Positions 9,056 to 19,577 of a stretch of 64,000 nucleotides of DNA are shown piece by piece. The notes under the pieces are model-generated. The model saw only the letters and a program-made list of their open reading frames with translations. It made no database searches and was not told the origin of the DNA. The position numbers and the translations under genes are program-made. The DNA comes from Gemmatimonadota bacterium. GTDB taxonomy: Bacteria; Gemmatimonadota; Gemmatimonadetes; Gemmatimonadales; GWC2-71-9. The stretch is from contig JAZDCZ010000040.1 of NCBI GenBank assembly GCA_036679605.1, forward strand, positions 1 to 64,000, given 5' to 3'. The stretch's first letter is position 1. The number at the start of each line of letters is the position of its first letter.

Positions 9056-9815
9056 ATCATTGCCTCTTGCGTTCGCCGGTGTCTTGGGCGCCATGATCGG
9101 GAGTTTCCTCAACGTCATGATCGTGAGGCTGCCGGCCGAAGAGTCGATCGTCCGGCCGCGGTCCAAGTGCCCTAGCTGCCAGAAGCAAATTGAATGGTAC
9201 GACAATATTCCCGTCTTGTCTTGGATAATCCTGGGTGGAAAGTGCCGTCGCTGCAGGGCGTCTGTCTCTATACAATATCCATTGATCGAGCTTGCGGTTG
9301 CGGGAATCTGGGCTGCCAGTTTATGGCACTACGGTATTACTTGGACCGCCCTATCTGGGGCGGTGTTCGGGACCATTCTAGCCGGAATCGCTGTCACCGA
9401 TGCGCGACATTATCTGATACCCGACGAGTACACCTGGGGTGGGCTGGCGATAGGGTTGCTGCTCGCTGTGTCCCTGGGGTCGAACGGGTTGATCGATGCA
9501 GGAATAGGTGCCGCGGTGGGATTCGGATTGCTGTACCTGGTGGCCGTTCTGGGCGAGAAGGCGTTCGGCAAGGAGGCGATGGGCGGTGGCGATATCAAGA
9601 TGATGGCCATGGTAGGCGCCTTCGTCGGGTGGAAAGGCGTGCTGCTCACCATTTTCGGCGGTTCGCTTCTGGGAACTCTCATATTTGTACCCCTCTCACT
9701 GAAGAAGAAGAAACTGGTTCCTTTCGGGGTCTTTCTGGCCCCAGCGGCAGCACTCACCTTCGTCTTCGGTGACGATCTGCTCCGGTGGTACCTGGGGTTT
9801 GTGATCGGTGGCTGA
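9048..9815 (+). CDS. pilD: Type IV prepilin peptidase (A24)
   Basis: GSFLNV, RSKCPSC, WYDNIPVLS, KCRRC, MGGGDIKM, VPFGVFL; GTG start inferred. Confidence 0.93.
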   Translation: MVESLPLAFAGVLGAMIGSFLNVMIVRLPAEESIVRPRSKCPSCQKQIEWYDNIPVLSWIILGGKCRRCRASVSIQYPLIELAVAGIWAASLWHYGITWTALSGAVFGTILAGIAVTDARHYLIPDEYTWGGLAIGLLLAVSLGSNGLIDAGIGAAVGFGLLYLVAVLGEKAFGKEAMGGGDIKMMAMVGAFVGWKGVLLTIFGGSLLGTLIFVPLSLKKKKLVPFGVFLAPAAALTFVFGDDLLRWYLGFVIGG

Positions 9816-9824
9816 CGTGGGTGT

Positions 9825-9844
9825 GGGCGACGCATGCGTCGCCC
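9825..9844. repeat. Perfect 20-bp palindrome, REP-like
   Basis: GGGCGACGCATGCGTCGCCC just after the pilD stop. Confidence 0.65.
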
Positions 9845-9888
9845 CTTTCAGCACTTCCGTTTCCCTTTTCCGATCCCCAGACTCCCTC

Positions 9889-9916
9889 CAACCTTTCCCA
9901 TCATTCTGCTATCAAA
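9889..9916 (+). promoter_or_regulatory. Possible ECF sigma autoregulatory promoter
   Basis: CAACCT-N16-ATCAAA upstream of the ECF gene resembles the AAC...TC pattern of ECF promoters. Confidence 0.3.
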
Positions 9917-9947
9917 CGGGGTGTAATGGCTAAGATGGGTCCCCAGG

Positions 9948-10502
9948 GTGGCCGTACTGCATAGCAGTCGGGACCCGACGCAGGCCGACGCAGATGCGGC
10001 GGACGCAGTGCTGGCGGCCAGCGGAGACGCAAAGGCCTTCGAGCGGCTGTACGAGGGCCACGTTGCCAGAATCCACAGCTTGGCGCGGCGGATGATCGGT
10101 GTCGATGAGGCTGACGATGTAACGCAAGACGTGTTCGTGCGAGTCTGGGACAAGCTTGGAAGCTTCCGCGGAGACGCCGCCTTTGGCACCTGGCTCTATC
10201 GTCTGGCGATCAACGTGATCTTAGGAAAGAGAGAATCATTGGCACGCCAGCGTGGTCGAATTCAGGAAGGCGAAGAGATGCTGGATCGGGCGGAGACCAG
10301 GCGCAGCCATCCGGAATTGGTCATGGATTTTGAGGTGGCGATCGAGAAGCTGCCGCCTCGGGCACGACAGGTGTTCGTGTTGCACGATGTAGAGGGATTC
10401 AAACATCAGGAGATTGCAGCACAGTTGGGCGTTACGACGGGCACGAGTAAAGCGCAGTTACACCGAGCGCGGATGGCGCTCCGAAAACACGTTGATCGGT
10501 AA
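9948..10502 (+). CDS. ECF RNA polymerase sigma factor
   Basis: GDAKAFERLY, DVTQDVF, FGTWLYRLAIN, LHDVEGFKHQEIA, GTSKAQLHRAR. Confidence 0.95.
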   Translation: MAVLHSSRDPTQADADAADAVLAASGDAKAFERLYEGHVARIHSLARRMIGVDEADDVTQDVFVRVWDKLGSFRGDAAFGTWLYRLAINVILGKRESLARQRGRIQEGEEMLDRAETRRSHPELVMDFEVAIEKLPPRARQVFVLHDVEGFKHQEIAAQLGVTTGTSKAQLHRARMALRKHVDR

Positions 10503-10514
10503 CGGAGTGAGTTC

Positions 10515-11201
10515 ATGAGCGATAATTGGACAGATAGGCTTTCCGAATATTTGGATGAAACCCTCGCTGACGCAGAACGGGCGGGGCTAGAAGCCCATCT
10601 GCAACGGTGCACGGACTGCGCAGCAGTGCTAAAGCAGTTGCGGAGCGTGGTATTCCGCGCCGAAGTGCTCGAGGATCGCCCACCGACCAAGAATTTATGG
10701 CCCGAGATTGCACAGCGGATCAAGGTGGGTCCAGAGGCCGGCATAACGGACATCGAACAACGTCGATCCAGAAACCGCAGAACGCTGTCCGTTTCCGTTC
10801 CGCAACTCTTGGCGGCGAGCGTGGCTCTGATGATGATGTCGGGTGGAGCAGTTTGGTTCTCGTTGTCAGGTGGGCAATCGAGCAACCAGGTGGCGGTTGC
10901 GCCCGATCTGCGAACGGGTACGGCTGTGGCAGTATTGACCGGGTTCACCACGACCGAATACGACGAAGCTGTAGCTGAGTTACAAGAAATTTTGGGGAGC
11001 GCCAAGGATCGGCTGGATTCCGGCACCGTTCGGGTGCTGGAGGAGAGCCTGGCCACGATAGATCGTGCGATAAACGAGGCCCGCGCCGCGATAGACGCGG
11101 ATCCGGAAAGCGATTACCTGAATTCTCACCTCGCGGCAACAATGAAACGCAAGGTGCAACTATTGAAACGGGCTGCGACGATCGCTGCCGCAGCTGCCTA
11201 G
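10515..11201 (+). CDS. Zinc-finger (zf-HC2) anti-sigma factor
   Basis: LSEYLD...HLQRCTDC; TM helix; follows the ECF gene. Confidence 0.9.
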   Translation: MSDNWTDRLSEYLDETLADAERAGLEAHLQRCTDCAAVLKQLRSVVFRAEVLEDRPPTKNLWPEIAQRIKVGPEAGITDIEQRRSRNRRTLSVSVPQLLAASVALMMMSGGAVWFSLSGGQSSNQVAVAPDLRTGTAVAVLTGFTTTEYDEAVAELQEILGSAKDRLDSGTVRVLEESLATIDRAINEARAAIDADPESDYLNSHLAATMKRKVQLLKRAATIAAAAA

Positions 11202-11221
11202 TTAGGAAGGATCGATTAGAG

Positions 11222-12070
11222 GTGTTGACAACGCTACTGACAGCGGCACTCATGAGCGCTGCTGTTGCTCAACAGACCGATACGGTGTTCGCGGTTCGGC
11301 AAGGATCGCGGCTCACCATAGAGAATTTCAGCGGGCGAGTAGTAGTGCGCACTTGGAGCCGCAACGAGATGCGAGTGGTCGCAGATCATTCCAGTCGTAC
11401 TGCGATAGCAATCAATATGCGCGGCGCAGATGTCGAGTTGGAGGCAGAGTCGCGCCGCGGCGTCCCCACCGCCGTTGACTACGAGATCACAGTTCCCGTG
11501 CAGACAGATGTATCGATTGAAGGAACCTTTACCGATGCCGATGTAAGAGGCGTGCAAGGTGAAGTCACGGTGGAAACGGTCCAGGGGCAGATCGTTGTCG
11601 AAGGTGGCAGTGGTTTTGTAAGTCTGGAGTCGGTGCAGGGCGATATAGAACTGACGGGCGCAACTGGAAAAATCGACGTCCAGTCGGTCAATGGAGTCAT
11701 GCGACTGACGAGTGTTGCTGGGGAGATCTACGTCGAAGGGGTAAATGGTAGCGTCATCCTTACTGACATCAACTCCTCGGATGTCGAAGCCACGACTACC
11801 AATGGCAATATCAGTTACGACGGATCGATTGAAGACGATGGCAGGTACTCGTTTTCGAATCACAACGGCGACGTGACGGTTGCGATACCTGCCGGAACCA
11901 ACGCCACTGTCAACGTATATACGTTCGGTGGCGATTTCGAAACCACTTTTCCTGTGACTCTTGCGGAGACGCGGCGTCAAGGACGGCGCTACAGGTTCAC
12001 GATCGGCAAGGGTGGTGCAAGGATAGAACTGGAGTCATTCAACGGCAGGCTGCGACTGCGCCGGCGGTAA
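11222..12070 (+). CDS. DUF4097 beta-strand repeat (adhesin-like) exported protein
   Basis: Signal peptide; repeated (T/S)V(N/Q)G.I motifs. Confidence 0.85.
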   Translation: MLTTLLTAALMSAAVAQQTDTVFAVRQGSRLTIENFSGRVVVRTWSRNEMRVVADHSSRTAIAINMRGADVELEAESRRGVPTAVDYEITVPVQTDVSIEGTFTDADVRGVQGEVTVETVQGQIVVEGGSGFVSLESVQGDIELTGATGKIDVQSVNGVMRLTSVAGEIYVEGVNGSVILTDINSSDVEATTTNGNISYDGSIEDDGRYSFSNHNGDVTVAIPAGTNATVNVYTFGGDFETTFPVTLAETRRQGRRYRFTIGKGGARIELESFNGRLRLRRR

Positions 12071-12106
12071 CGGGCAACGCGGCCGAGCCAAGGGAGAGCA
12101 AACAAG

Positions 12107-12937
12107 ATGCATGTGCTAATAATTTTGGGACTGATGGGAAATTCGATGCCTACAGTTGTGCCGGCCGATACCGGCGATGTAGTTCGAGCATCGCGTATTG
12201 AGGTGGTAAGGCACGCTCTACAAGACTTCGAGTGGAGTGGGCGCCTAGGGCAAGGCAAGAGCATTGAGATAAAGGGAATAAACGGCGGAGTTTTTGCTGA
12301 AGCCAGCGATGGAGACGAGGTAGAGGTAACTGCGGAGCTGGAGGAGGGTCGCCGAGGTTATGCGGATGAGATCTCGTTTGAGGTCTTGGAACACGAGAAC
12401 GGCGTAACGATCTGTGCGATGTATCCCTCCGACAGGCGGCGTGAGCCGAACGAGTGTCGCGCCGGATCACGAGGCAGGATGAACACGCGTGATAACGACA
12501 CGAAAGTCGAGTTCACGGTGCGCGTTCCCAAGGGAGTCAATTTCGTGGGACGCACAGTCAACGGTAGCATCACAGCAGAATCGCTCGATGGGGATGTCGA
12601 AGCTCACACGGTCAATGGCCGCATCGAAGTGAGCACGAACGGGTTTGTCCAAGCTACTACGGTCAATGGATCGATCCGGGCGTCACTGGGGCGCGCCGAC
12701 TGGACGGGCTCGCTCGAGTTCGAAACGGTAAACGGGAGTATCACGGTTGAGCTGCCCGACGGAGTTGGAGCCGATGTAACCGCAAGGACGTTGAATGGAG
12801 GAATCGACACCGATTTCCCACTTACCATTAGTGGAAGGTTTTCCTCCAAACGCCTGACGGGAACGATCGGCGGCGGCGGTCGACGGGTGCGTCTCGAGAC
12901 CGTCAACGGCGCGGTCCGCATTCTTCGTAGAAATTAA
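12107..12937 (+). CDS. DUF4097 beta-strand repeat protein
   Basis: Repeated TVNGSI motifs; GTIGGGGRRVRLETVNG. Confidence 0.85.
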   Translation: MHVLIILGLMGNSMPTVVPADTGDVVRASRIEVVRHALQDFEWSGRLGQGKSIEIKGINGGVFAEASDGDEVEVTAELEEGRRGYADEISFEVLEHENGVTICAMYPSDRRREPNECRAGSRGRMNTRDNDTKVEFTVRVPKGVNFVGRTVNGSITAESLDGDVEAHTVNGRIEVSTNGFVQATTVNGSIRASLGRADWTGSLEFETVNGSITVELPDGVGADVTARTLNGGIDTDFPLTISGRFSSKRLTGTIGGGGRRVRLETVNGAVRILRRN

Positions 12938-12965
12938 TCTCAGGGCTCAGATCTATAGACTCATA

Positions 12966-13004
12966 TCGGGGTAGGAGGCCGGCGTCTCCTACCCCGACTT
13001 TTTT
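12966..13004 (+). terminator. Rho-independent terminator
   Basis: TCGGGGTAGGAG...CTCCTACCCCGA stem followed by T6. Confidence 0.85.
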
Positions 13005-13261
13005 CGACTAAGACACCGTGCTCTCTCCGGCCCACTATCCGTTACCTTCTATCGGCCAGTGGAGCGTATCTGTTAGCACACGACTGCCGCTTCGCATGCC
13101 GTCAGTGTCCCTCTACGCGCTGTGGTTTGCATGCAGAGACCGGGCATCCCAAGTGGGGCTACCGCTTCACCAACGTGCGCTCCGGGACACCAGCGGCATG
13201 CTGCGCGGCAGACACCTTGGATACGGTCCACTACTGACGTATTGACTGATGGGGGAACCAG

Positions 13262-14530
13262 ATGGTTATGGGACATAAGGCGTCATCCGGTGCGCGCCGG
13301 TTGGGTGGTCCGCCCGTCAACAAGGTAACGGCAGTGCTGCTTGCTGCTCTGGGCCTCGGTGGCTGCGGTGACCGCGGGCAAGCCCAGACGGACGAAGCAA
13401 CCCGAGACTTGGCCATCAGTGTCATTCCGGATGTCGAGCGGGCCGTCGGATTGCAGTTCAAGACCCCGCCGGAAATAGCCGTCCGTAGTCGGGCCCAAGT
13501 CCAGGCTTACCTCGAGGCGAAGATCGATGCCGAACTACCGCCCGAGGAACTGGAGCAAGTCGCGCGAGCCTATCGGATGCTGGGCCTCATTCCGGACACC
13601 CTGCAGCTCCGAGAGCTGTTACTGGCGCTCTACGGGGAACAGGTGATCGGATTCTATGATCCCGACTCGTCAACGCTGTACATAGTCGAAGGTGCCGATC
13701 GAGTGACGCTACGTCTGACGGTAGCTCACGAACTGGTGCACGCGTTACAGGACCAGTACATGTCGCTGGGGCCTATTCTTGCAGCGAAGCGCCAGAACGA
13801 TCGACGCCTTGCCGCTCAGGCCGTGCTGGAGGGACAGGCGACACTAGCCTCACTGGTTGCGATGATGCCCGAACGCGATTTCGATGGGCTCGGCGATTTC
13901 TGGACCGATTATGGAGCCATGGTGAGGCAGCAGCAGGACCAGATGCCGGTGTTTGCGTCGGCACCGCTGATTATTCGCGAAGGCTTGATATTCCCATATC
14001 TCGCGGGCGCCGACTTCGTCCGTTGGTTTCGCAGGCTGTATCCGGATACCGTGCCATATGGCCCGAGGTTACCGGAATCAACAGAGCAAGTTCTTCATCC
14101 GGACCGTTATCTCAATTCCGACGCGCCGACAGAACTCAGGTTTCAAGATACGACTGGTGCTGTTTACACTGACGGACTGGGAGAATTCGAAATCCGCATT
14201 CTGCTCAATGTGCTGAGTGGGAGTGAGACGCTGGCGAAGGCCGGCGCATCCGGCTGGGCCGGCGATCGTTACACGGTGTTCGAGGCCGGTGGCGATCACG
14301 CAATCGTTTGGTGGAGCGTCTGGGACGACGGCCGCCAGGCGAAACAGTTTGCCACGATCTTGGAACGGGAATGGACGAAGCGGGCCAAACCCGGACGGCG
14401 CCACTTAGTGGAAAGGCTCGATGTCGGGACTATGCCGGGGGTGTTGTTCGTCGACGGTCCTGTTGGTTGGGAGCGTTGGGGCAGCATTCCAACGGTGGTG
14501 ATCGCCTCTGGGTCGACGGACGTCAAATGA
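13262..14530 (+). CDS. Lipoprotein with HExxH motif (putative zinc metallopeptidase-like)
   Basis: LGGC lipobox; GFYDP; AHELVHALQDQ; EGQA; FPYLAG; PESTEQVLHP; start uncertain. Confidence 0.8.
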   Translation: MVMGHKASSGARRLGGPPVNKVTAVLLAALGLGGCGDRGQAQTDEATRDLAISVIPDVERAVGLQFKTPPEIAVRSRAQVQAYLEAKIDAELPPEELEQVARAYRMLGLIPDTLQLRELLLALYGEQVIGFYDPDSSTLYIVEGADRVTLRLTVAHELVHALQDQYMSLGPILAAKRQNDRRLAAQAVLEGQATLASLVAMMPERDFDGLGDFWTDYGAMVRQQQDQMPVFASAPLIIREGLIFPYLAGADFVRWFRRLYPDTVPYGPRLPESTEQVLHPDRYLNSDAPTELRFQDTTGAVYTDGLGEFEIRILLNVLSGSETLAKAGASGWAGDRYTVFEAGGDHAIVWWSVWDDGRQAKQFATILEREWTKRAKPGRRHLVERLDVGTMPGVLFVDGPVGWERWGSIPTVVIASGSTDVK

Positions 14531-16085
14531 GGAGTGAAATACCGTAGGCGGCCGCCCCGACAATAGCGCCAAGCACGTACCCCAGTCGCACGATCACGTC
14601 GAGTTCGCGCTGAGTCGTTCGGCGAACTATCTCCTCCATTTTCTCCAGTGAAAAACCGAGTACTTTTTGTTCCACCATATGCTCGATGTCGATCTTCTCC
14701 ATCACGCTGGGGAGCTGTTGCTGTATCCAATCCCACAGTGCGGGAGAGAGCTGATCGGCAACACGCTCAGATGTCTTGTCCGGTAACACATCGGCTGGTC
14801 GCCCAATGCGTCGGTCCGTCAAACTCTTTATCGCAGTCGACGTTCCGTCGGAGATCCAACCTCGTGCCTTGGGATCCTGCAACCCCTGTGCGAGCCAGTC
14901 CACTGCTTGCTCCGGTGGAATATGCTGGAGCAGGTCCCCCCAGGTGCGGCGCTCGGTTGCCTGGAGCGCCTGGTCTAGCTTTTCAATGCCGTAGCTGGCA
15001 GTGGTGGGATCCCTCAGTATCGACGTTACATGGTCTGCTGCCGTCTGCTTGAGACCCTCTATGCGCTCCACCCCAAGTCGCTCGATATGGTCGGACATTG
15101 GGCGGCGCAGGAAATTCACGATGGCATCGTTCACGCTACGCGCTACCTGAGCGCGCATCTCCGGTTGATCCAGGAGCTGAGCTAGCTGGTCGGCTCCTTC
15201 GCGTTCGAAACTGTCGAGCAGACGGGTGACCGTGTTCTCCGTAACGACGAGCCGTGCCACGATTCGTTGATGGATCAAGAGGTCGCGGACGAAGCGCTCG
15301 AATAGCTGGTGCAGCGCGCTCTGGATCTGGTGGCGGGCGTCGGGGTCGCCTAGAATCGACGCCAGCCGGTCGATCGCTGCAGGCAGATAGTCGGCAATTT
15401 CCTTCTCGACCGCAGCTACGAGCCCGGGTGGAAGCCGCTCGAGCAATGGAGTCTTGTCGGCCGCCAGCCGCACGATCTGCCGGTCCATCCACTCTCCGAT
15501 GATCTGATCCAACTCCGGGCTCGATACCGCGTCGGAAACCCATTGTTCGACCCGTTCACGTATCGCCCCGCGTCTGGCTGCGGTGAGAATAGAACTCATG
15601 GGTTGATCCGATACCTGGTCTCGCGCGCGCTCGAGAAACGCTATGGCAGTTTCCCGGAACGATTCGGTGTCTGCATACTCAACGACGCGTTGGGCTACCG
15701 AATCGCCAACATGTTCGATTATGGCATCTATCTCGCCAAAAATGCCCGCCGGTAGTTCGTCGCGCAGTGCTCCTCTCTCGGATTCGAGCACGCTGGCAAC
15801 GAACCGCCTGACTGCGCCGTCGAACGCCTCCTTCACGCCCGGCGCACCCAATTGCCGGGCTAGATCGTCTGACGCTAGGAGACGCTGTCCCACGGTTCTG
15901 CCAATCGTCTTTGCTAGCCGGGGCTTGTTTTTTGGGATGGCACCGTGGAGCTTGAAAAACTTTGGTCCGCGGGGTTGGTAGGGGTGGAACAGCATCCAGA
16001 TGGCCACGGCGTTCGTTATACCGCCGGCCATTGCACCGAAAAATATCGTGATGGCTGCTCTGGGCAGCGAGGGATCGGAAATCAC
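14523..16085 (-). CDS. DUF445 family membrane protein
   Basis: GGITNAVAIWMLFHP, GAIPKNK; C-terminal ELDVIVRLGYVLG. Confidence 0.85.
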   Translation of the reverse strand: MISDPSLPRAAITIFFGAMAGGITNAVAIWMLFHPYQPRGPKFFKLHGAIPKNKPRLAKTIGRTVGQRLLASDDLARQLGAPGVKEAFDGAVRRFVASVLESERGALRDELPAGIFGEIDAIIEHVGDSVAQRVVEYADTESFRETAIAFLERARDQVSDQPMSSILTAARRGAIRERVEQWVSDAVSSPELDQIIGEWMDRQIVRLAADKTPLLERLPPGLVAAVEKEIADYLPAAIDRLASILGDPDARHQIQSALHQLFERFVRDLLIHQRIVARLVVTENTVTRLLDSFEREGADQLAQLLDQPEMRAQVARSVNDAIVNFLRRPMSDHIERLGVERIEGLKQTAADHVTSILRDPTTASYGIEKLDQALQATERRTWGDLLQHIPPEQAVDWLAQGLQDPKARGWISDGTSTAIKSLTDRRIGRPADVLPDKTSERVADQLSPALWDWIQQQLPSVMEKIDIEHMVEQKVLGFSLEKMEEIVRRTTQRELDVIVRLGYVLGAIVGAAAYGISLLI

Positions 16086-16111
16086 TGTGTTGTCATTGCC
16101 ATGGATCGAAT

Positions 16112-17392
16112 ATGAAACTACACACTAAGATCTTCGTCGGCCTCGTTGGGGGCGCTGTCTTCGGCGTCGGCGCCAATCTGCTCCAGGCGGGGACGGGTCA
16201 AGCTCTGCTGGTCGACGTGGCCAAGACAATTGAGCCGCTGGGTACCGCCTGGATCCGTGCCATCACCATGATAGTCATCCCGCTGGTGGTCGCGAGCCTG
16301 TTGCTCGGCGTGGCCAGCCTGGGCGATCTGAGGACCCTAGGCAGATTCAGCGGTAAGACGGTGGCATACTATATCGCAACCACCGCTATTGCCGTTACGA
16401 TCGGTCTCGTTCTGTCCAACCTCGTGGAACCGGGCAGCGGTCTCAGCGAAGCCTCGCAGACTGCCCTGCGCGAGTCCTACGCCGGCGCCGCTCAAGGCCG
16501 GATCTCCCTGGCGCAGGAAAAGCCCGGCATCGTCCAGTTGCTGCTGCGGATGATACCGACCAATCCGATCAAGGCCGGCGCCGACGGCGATATGCTCCCT
16601 CTCATCGTCTTCACGTTGATCTTTGGAGCGGGTGCTTCGTTGTTGTCGGATGAACTCAAGCAGCCCTTCGTCGGCTTCTTCAAGGCGGTCAACGCCATTT
16701 CCATGACCGTCATCGGCTGGATCATGAAGTTGGCTCCCTATGCGGTGTTCGCATTGATAGCGGCCGTTACCGCTCAATTCGGTCTCGACATCCTCAAGAG
16801 TTTGGCTCTGTACGTTCTCACGGTGGTGGCGGGTCTATTGATCCACGCATACGGTACGTACGCGCTGTCAGTCAGGTTTCTGGCCAAGTTGAGTCCAATG
16901 TACTTCTATCGCCGAATTAGGGAGGTCCAACTCCTCGGTTTTTCCACTTCGAGTTCCAACGCCACACTGCCGGTTACGATGACGGTGGCGGAAACGAAAA
17001 TCGGTGTGTCCAAGCGGGTGTCGAGTTTCGTATTGCCGCTCGGGGCGACGATCAACATGGACGGGACGGCGCTCTACCAGGGGGTCGCCGTAATGTTCAT
17101 CGCACAGGTATTTGGCATCGACCTGCACTGGTCGGCTCAGCTCATGGTGGTGCTGACAGCTACCCTAGCGTCAATCGGCGCAGCGGGAGTGCCGAGTGCC
17201 GGGATAATCACGCTGGTACTGGTACTTCAGCAGGCGGGAGTTCCTGAGACCGGGATCGCCCTCATACTGGGAGTGGATCGGATTCTGGACATGCTTCGTA
17301 CGTCGGTCAACATCACGGGAGACCTGTCGGCAGCGGCCTTTGTTGCCCGATCCGAGGGGGAACTCGTCGAGATGGAGGCAGCCAGCATCTAG
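16112..17392 (+). CDS. Dicarboxylate/amino acid:cation symporter (DAACS, GltP-like)
   Basis: FSTSSSNATLP, LGATINMDGT, VDRILDMLRTSVN. Confidence 0.95.
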   Translation: MKLHTKIFVGLVGGAVFGVGANLLQAGTGQALLVDVAKTIEPLGTAWIRAITMIVIPLVVASLLLGVASLGDLRTLGRFSGKTVAYYIATTAIAVTIGLVLSNLVEPGSGLSEASQTALRESYAGAAQGRISLAQEKPGIVQLLLRMIPTNPIKAGADGDMLPLIVFTLIFGAGASLLSDELKQPFVGFFKAVNAISMTVIGWIMKLAPYAVFALIAAVTAQFGLDILKSLALYVLTVVAGLLIHAYGTYALSVRFLAKLSPMYFYRRIREVQLLGFSTSSSNATLPVTMTVAETKIGVSKRVSSFVLPLGATINMDGTALYQGVAVMFIAQVFGIDLHWSAQLMVVLTATLASIGAAGVPSAGIITLVLVLQQAGVPETGIALILGVDRILDMLRTSVNITGDLSAAAFVARSEGELVEMEAASI

Positions 17393-17452
17393 GAACAGAG
17401 AAGGATTGCCGGATAGCGATACAGACAAGTCCTTTCTATATTACGAGGCTAT

Positions 17453-18769
17453 ATGTTTGACGTCCTATCGGATCGGTTGGCCCAGGCCTTAAAGAAGCTC
17501 ACCGGCCGTGGAGTGCTCACCGAAGAGGTGATAAAAGAAGGCCTCCGCGAGATACGGCGGGTGCTCCTCGAGGCCGATGTGAGTTACGAGCTTACTCGCA
17601 CGTTCATGGAGAACGTGCGCCAGAACGCTGTCGGACTCGACAAGATCAAGTCGGTGAGCCCGGGCCAACAGCTGGTCAAGATCGTTCACGAAGAGTTGGT
17701 TGTGCTGTTGGGTGAGGAGAGGGCGACACTTTCGTTCGCGCCGGTGCCGCCCACGGTTGTGCTCCTGGTCGGACTGCAGGGTAGCGGCAAGACGACTACT
17801 GCGGCGAAGCTCGCTCGGAGGCTCAAGGGAGAGCAGAAGGCTCCGTTCCTGGTGGCTGCCGACGTCTACCGGCCCGCGGCCGAGGAGCAGCTGGTGCAGT
17901 TGGGCGGCAAAGTGGGCGTGCCGGTTTTCGGACCTCGTGACCGGAGTGGCGATAGGAAGGACGTGGTAGGACTCGTCGAGGCCGGGTTGGTCCAGGCGGT
18001 TCGTGAGAAAAGCAGAACTGTGCTCGTCGATACGGCGGGGCGGTTGCAGATCGACGAAGAGATGATGGCCGAATTGCGCGATCTGAAGGATGCGGTCCAG
18101 CCGCACGAGATCCTTTTGGTCGCGGATGCCATGACCGGTCAAGACGCGGTCAAGAGCGCCACAGGCTTTCACGAGGCGCTGGGCATTACGGGCGTGATCT
18201 TGACCAAACTCGACGGCGACGCGAGGGGCGGTGCGGCACTCTCGATTTACGGGGTAACCGGGGCGCCCATCAAGTACATCGGCGTGGGCGAGGGACTGAA
18301 CGATCTGGATGTGTTCGATCCCGAACGGATGGCCGGACGCATTCTGAGCCGCGGTGATGTGGTGGGCTTGGTCGAGCGAGCCGAACAGGCAGTCAAGGCA
18401 GAGGACGCCGAGCGGCTGGCAAGAAAGGCCGTGTCAAAGAAGGGGATGGATCTGGAGGACTTTCTGGTGGCGATGCGCCAGATCCAGAAGATGGGGCCGA
18501 TCGAGTCGCTTTTGGGAATGCTCCCGGGTGTGAGCGGAAAGGCGCTGAAGCAGGCGAAGGTAGATCCGAAGGGGCTGGGACACGTCGAGGCACTGGTGCT
18601 TTCGATGACACCGCAGGAGCGTAGGCGTCCCGAGCTTCTCAACGGATCGCGGCGGCTCAGGATCGCAAAGGGTTCGGGACGAACTGTGCAAGAACTCAAT
18701 AAGCTGCTGAAACAGTTTCAGCAGATGAAAAAGATGATGAAACAGATGGGCAAGTTCGGCTTGCAATAA
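17453..18769 (+). CDS. ffh: Signal recognition particle protein
   Basis: GLQGSGKTTT, DTAGR, TKLDGDARGG; Met-rich C-terminus. Confidence 0.98.
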   Translation: MFDVLSDRLAQALKKLTGRGVLTEEVIKEGLREIRRVLLEADVSYELTRTFMENVRQNAVGLDKIKSVSPGQQLVKIVHEELVVLLGEERATLSFAPVPPTVVLLVGLQGSGKTTTAAKLARRLKGEQKAPFLVAADVYRPAAEEQLVQLGGKVGVPVFGPRDRSGDRKDVVGLVEAGLVQAVREKSRTVLVDTAGRLQIDEEMMAELRDLKDAVQPHEILLVADAMTGQDAVKSATGFHEALGITGVILTKLDGDARGGAALSIYGVTGAPIKYIGVGEGLNDLDVFDPERMAGRILSRGDVVGLVERAEQAVKAEDAERLARKAVSKKGMDLEDFLVAMRQIQKMGPIESLLGMLPGVSGKALKQAKVDPKGLGHVEALVLSMTPQERRRPELLNGSRRLRIAKGSGRTVQELNKLLKQFQQMKKMMKQMGKFGLQ

Positions 18770-18784
18770 CCAGAAGGCAGAGAT

Positions 18785-19045
18785 ATGGCTACACGCATTC
18801 GTTTACGCAGGGTCGGTCGCAAGAAGCAGCCGATATACAGAATTGTGGTTACGGACAAGGCCAAGGCACGTGATGGCCGGTTCGTCGAGGTGTTGGGACT
18901 TTACAATCCCCGGACTGAGCCGGTGACTATAACGGTCGACGCCGAGAAGGCTCGAGATTGGATTGCTAAGGGAGCAACTCCGTCGGACACGGTACGATCA
19001 CTGCTCAAAAAGGCCGGCGTCTTCGAGGCTCCGGCAAAGAGCTGA
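18785..19045 (+). CDS. rpsP: 30S ribosomal protein S16
   Basis: RIRLRRVGRKKQPIYRIVV; GATPSDTV. Confidence 0.98.
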   Translation: MATRIRLRRVGRKKQPIYRIVVTDKAKARDGRFVEVLGLYNPRTEPVTITVDAEKARDWIAKGATPSDTVRSLLKKAGVFEAPAKS

Positions 19046-19049
19046 GGCA

Positions 19050-19574
19050 GTGGTGGAGGCAGCCTACCTCGCGGTAGCGCGCTTCCGTAAGCCACACGGA
19101 CTCAAGGGTGACGCGCTCATGTGGGCGCTCACAGATGAGCCCGAGAGCATTCTTACAGTTGGCCGCGAAGTGATCCCGATTGACGAGGCGGGCTCCCCTA
19201 TAGGCGAACCACTCGAGATCGAGCGGGCCAGATCTTACAACAGGGGTTGGCTGGTCAAGTTCAAGTCGATCGATCACCGCGGTGTTCTGGAGGAGTGGGG
19301 CCAACGGCTGATCGGGGTAGCAGCGGCAGATTTGAAGGCTCCGAGCGACGACGAGATGTATTTGCACGAGATACCCGGAGCGGACGTTGTGGCTCGAGGA
19401 AGTTCGATTGGAAAGGCGATAGAAATCTTGGAGATTCCGGGTGGCCGGCTGCTTTCAGTTGATGTAGATGGAAAGGAAGTGTTGGTCCCGTTTAGGAAAC
19501 CTATTCTGGTCGGTATTTCCAGATCCAAGAGAACGATCGAAATCGATCCGCCGCCGGGACTCCTGGATCTTTAG
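19050..19574 (+). CDS. rimM: Ribosome maturation factor RimM
   Basis: KPHGLKG; EVLVPF; IDPPPGLL; position between rpsP and trmD. Confidence 0.92.
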   Translation: MVEAAYLAVARFRKPHGLKGDALMWALTDEPESILTVGREVIPIDEAGSPIGEPLEIERARSYNRGWLVKFKSIDHRGVLEEWGQRLIGVAAADLKAPSDDEMYLHEIPGADVVARGSSIGKAIEILEIPGGRLLSVDVDGKEVLVPFRKPILVGISRSKRTIEIDPPPGLLDL

Positions 19575-19577
19575 GAC

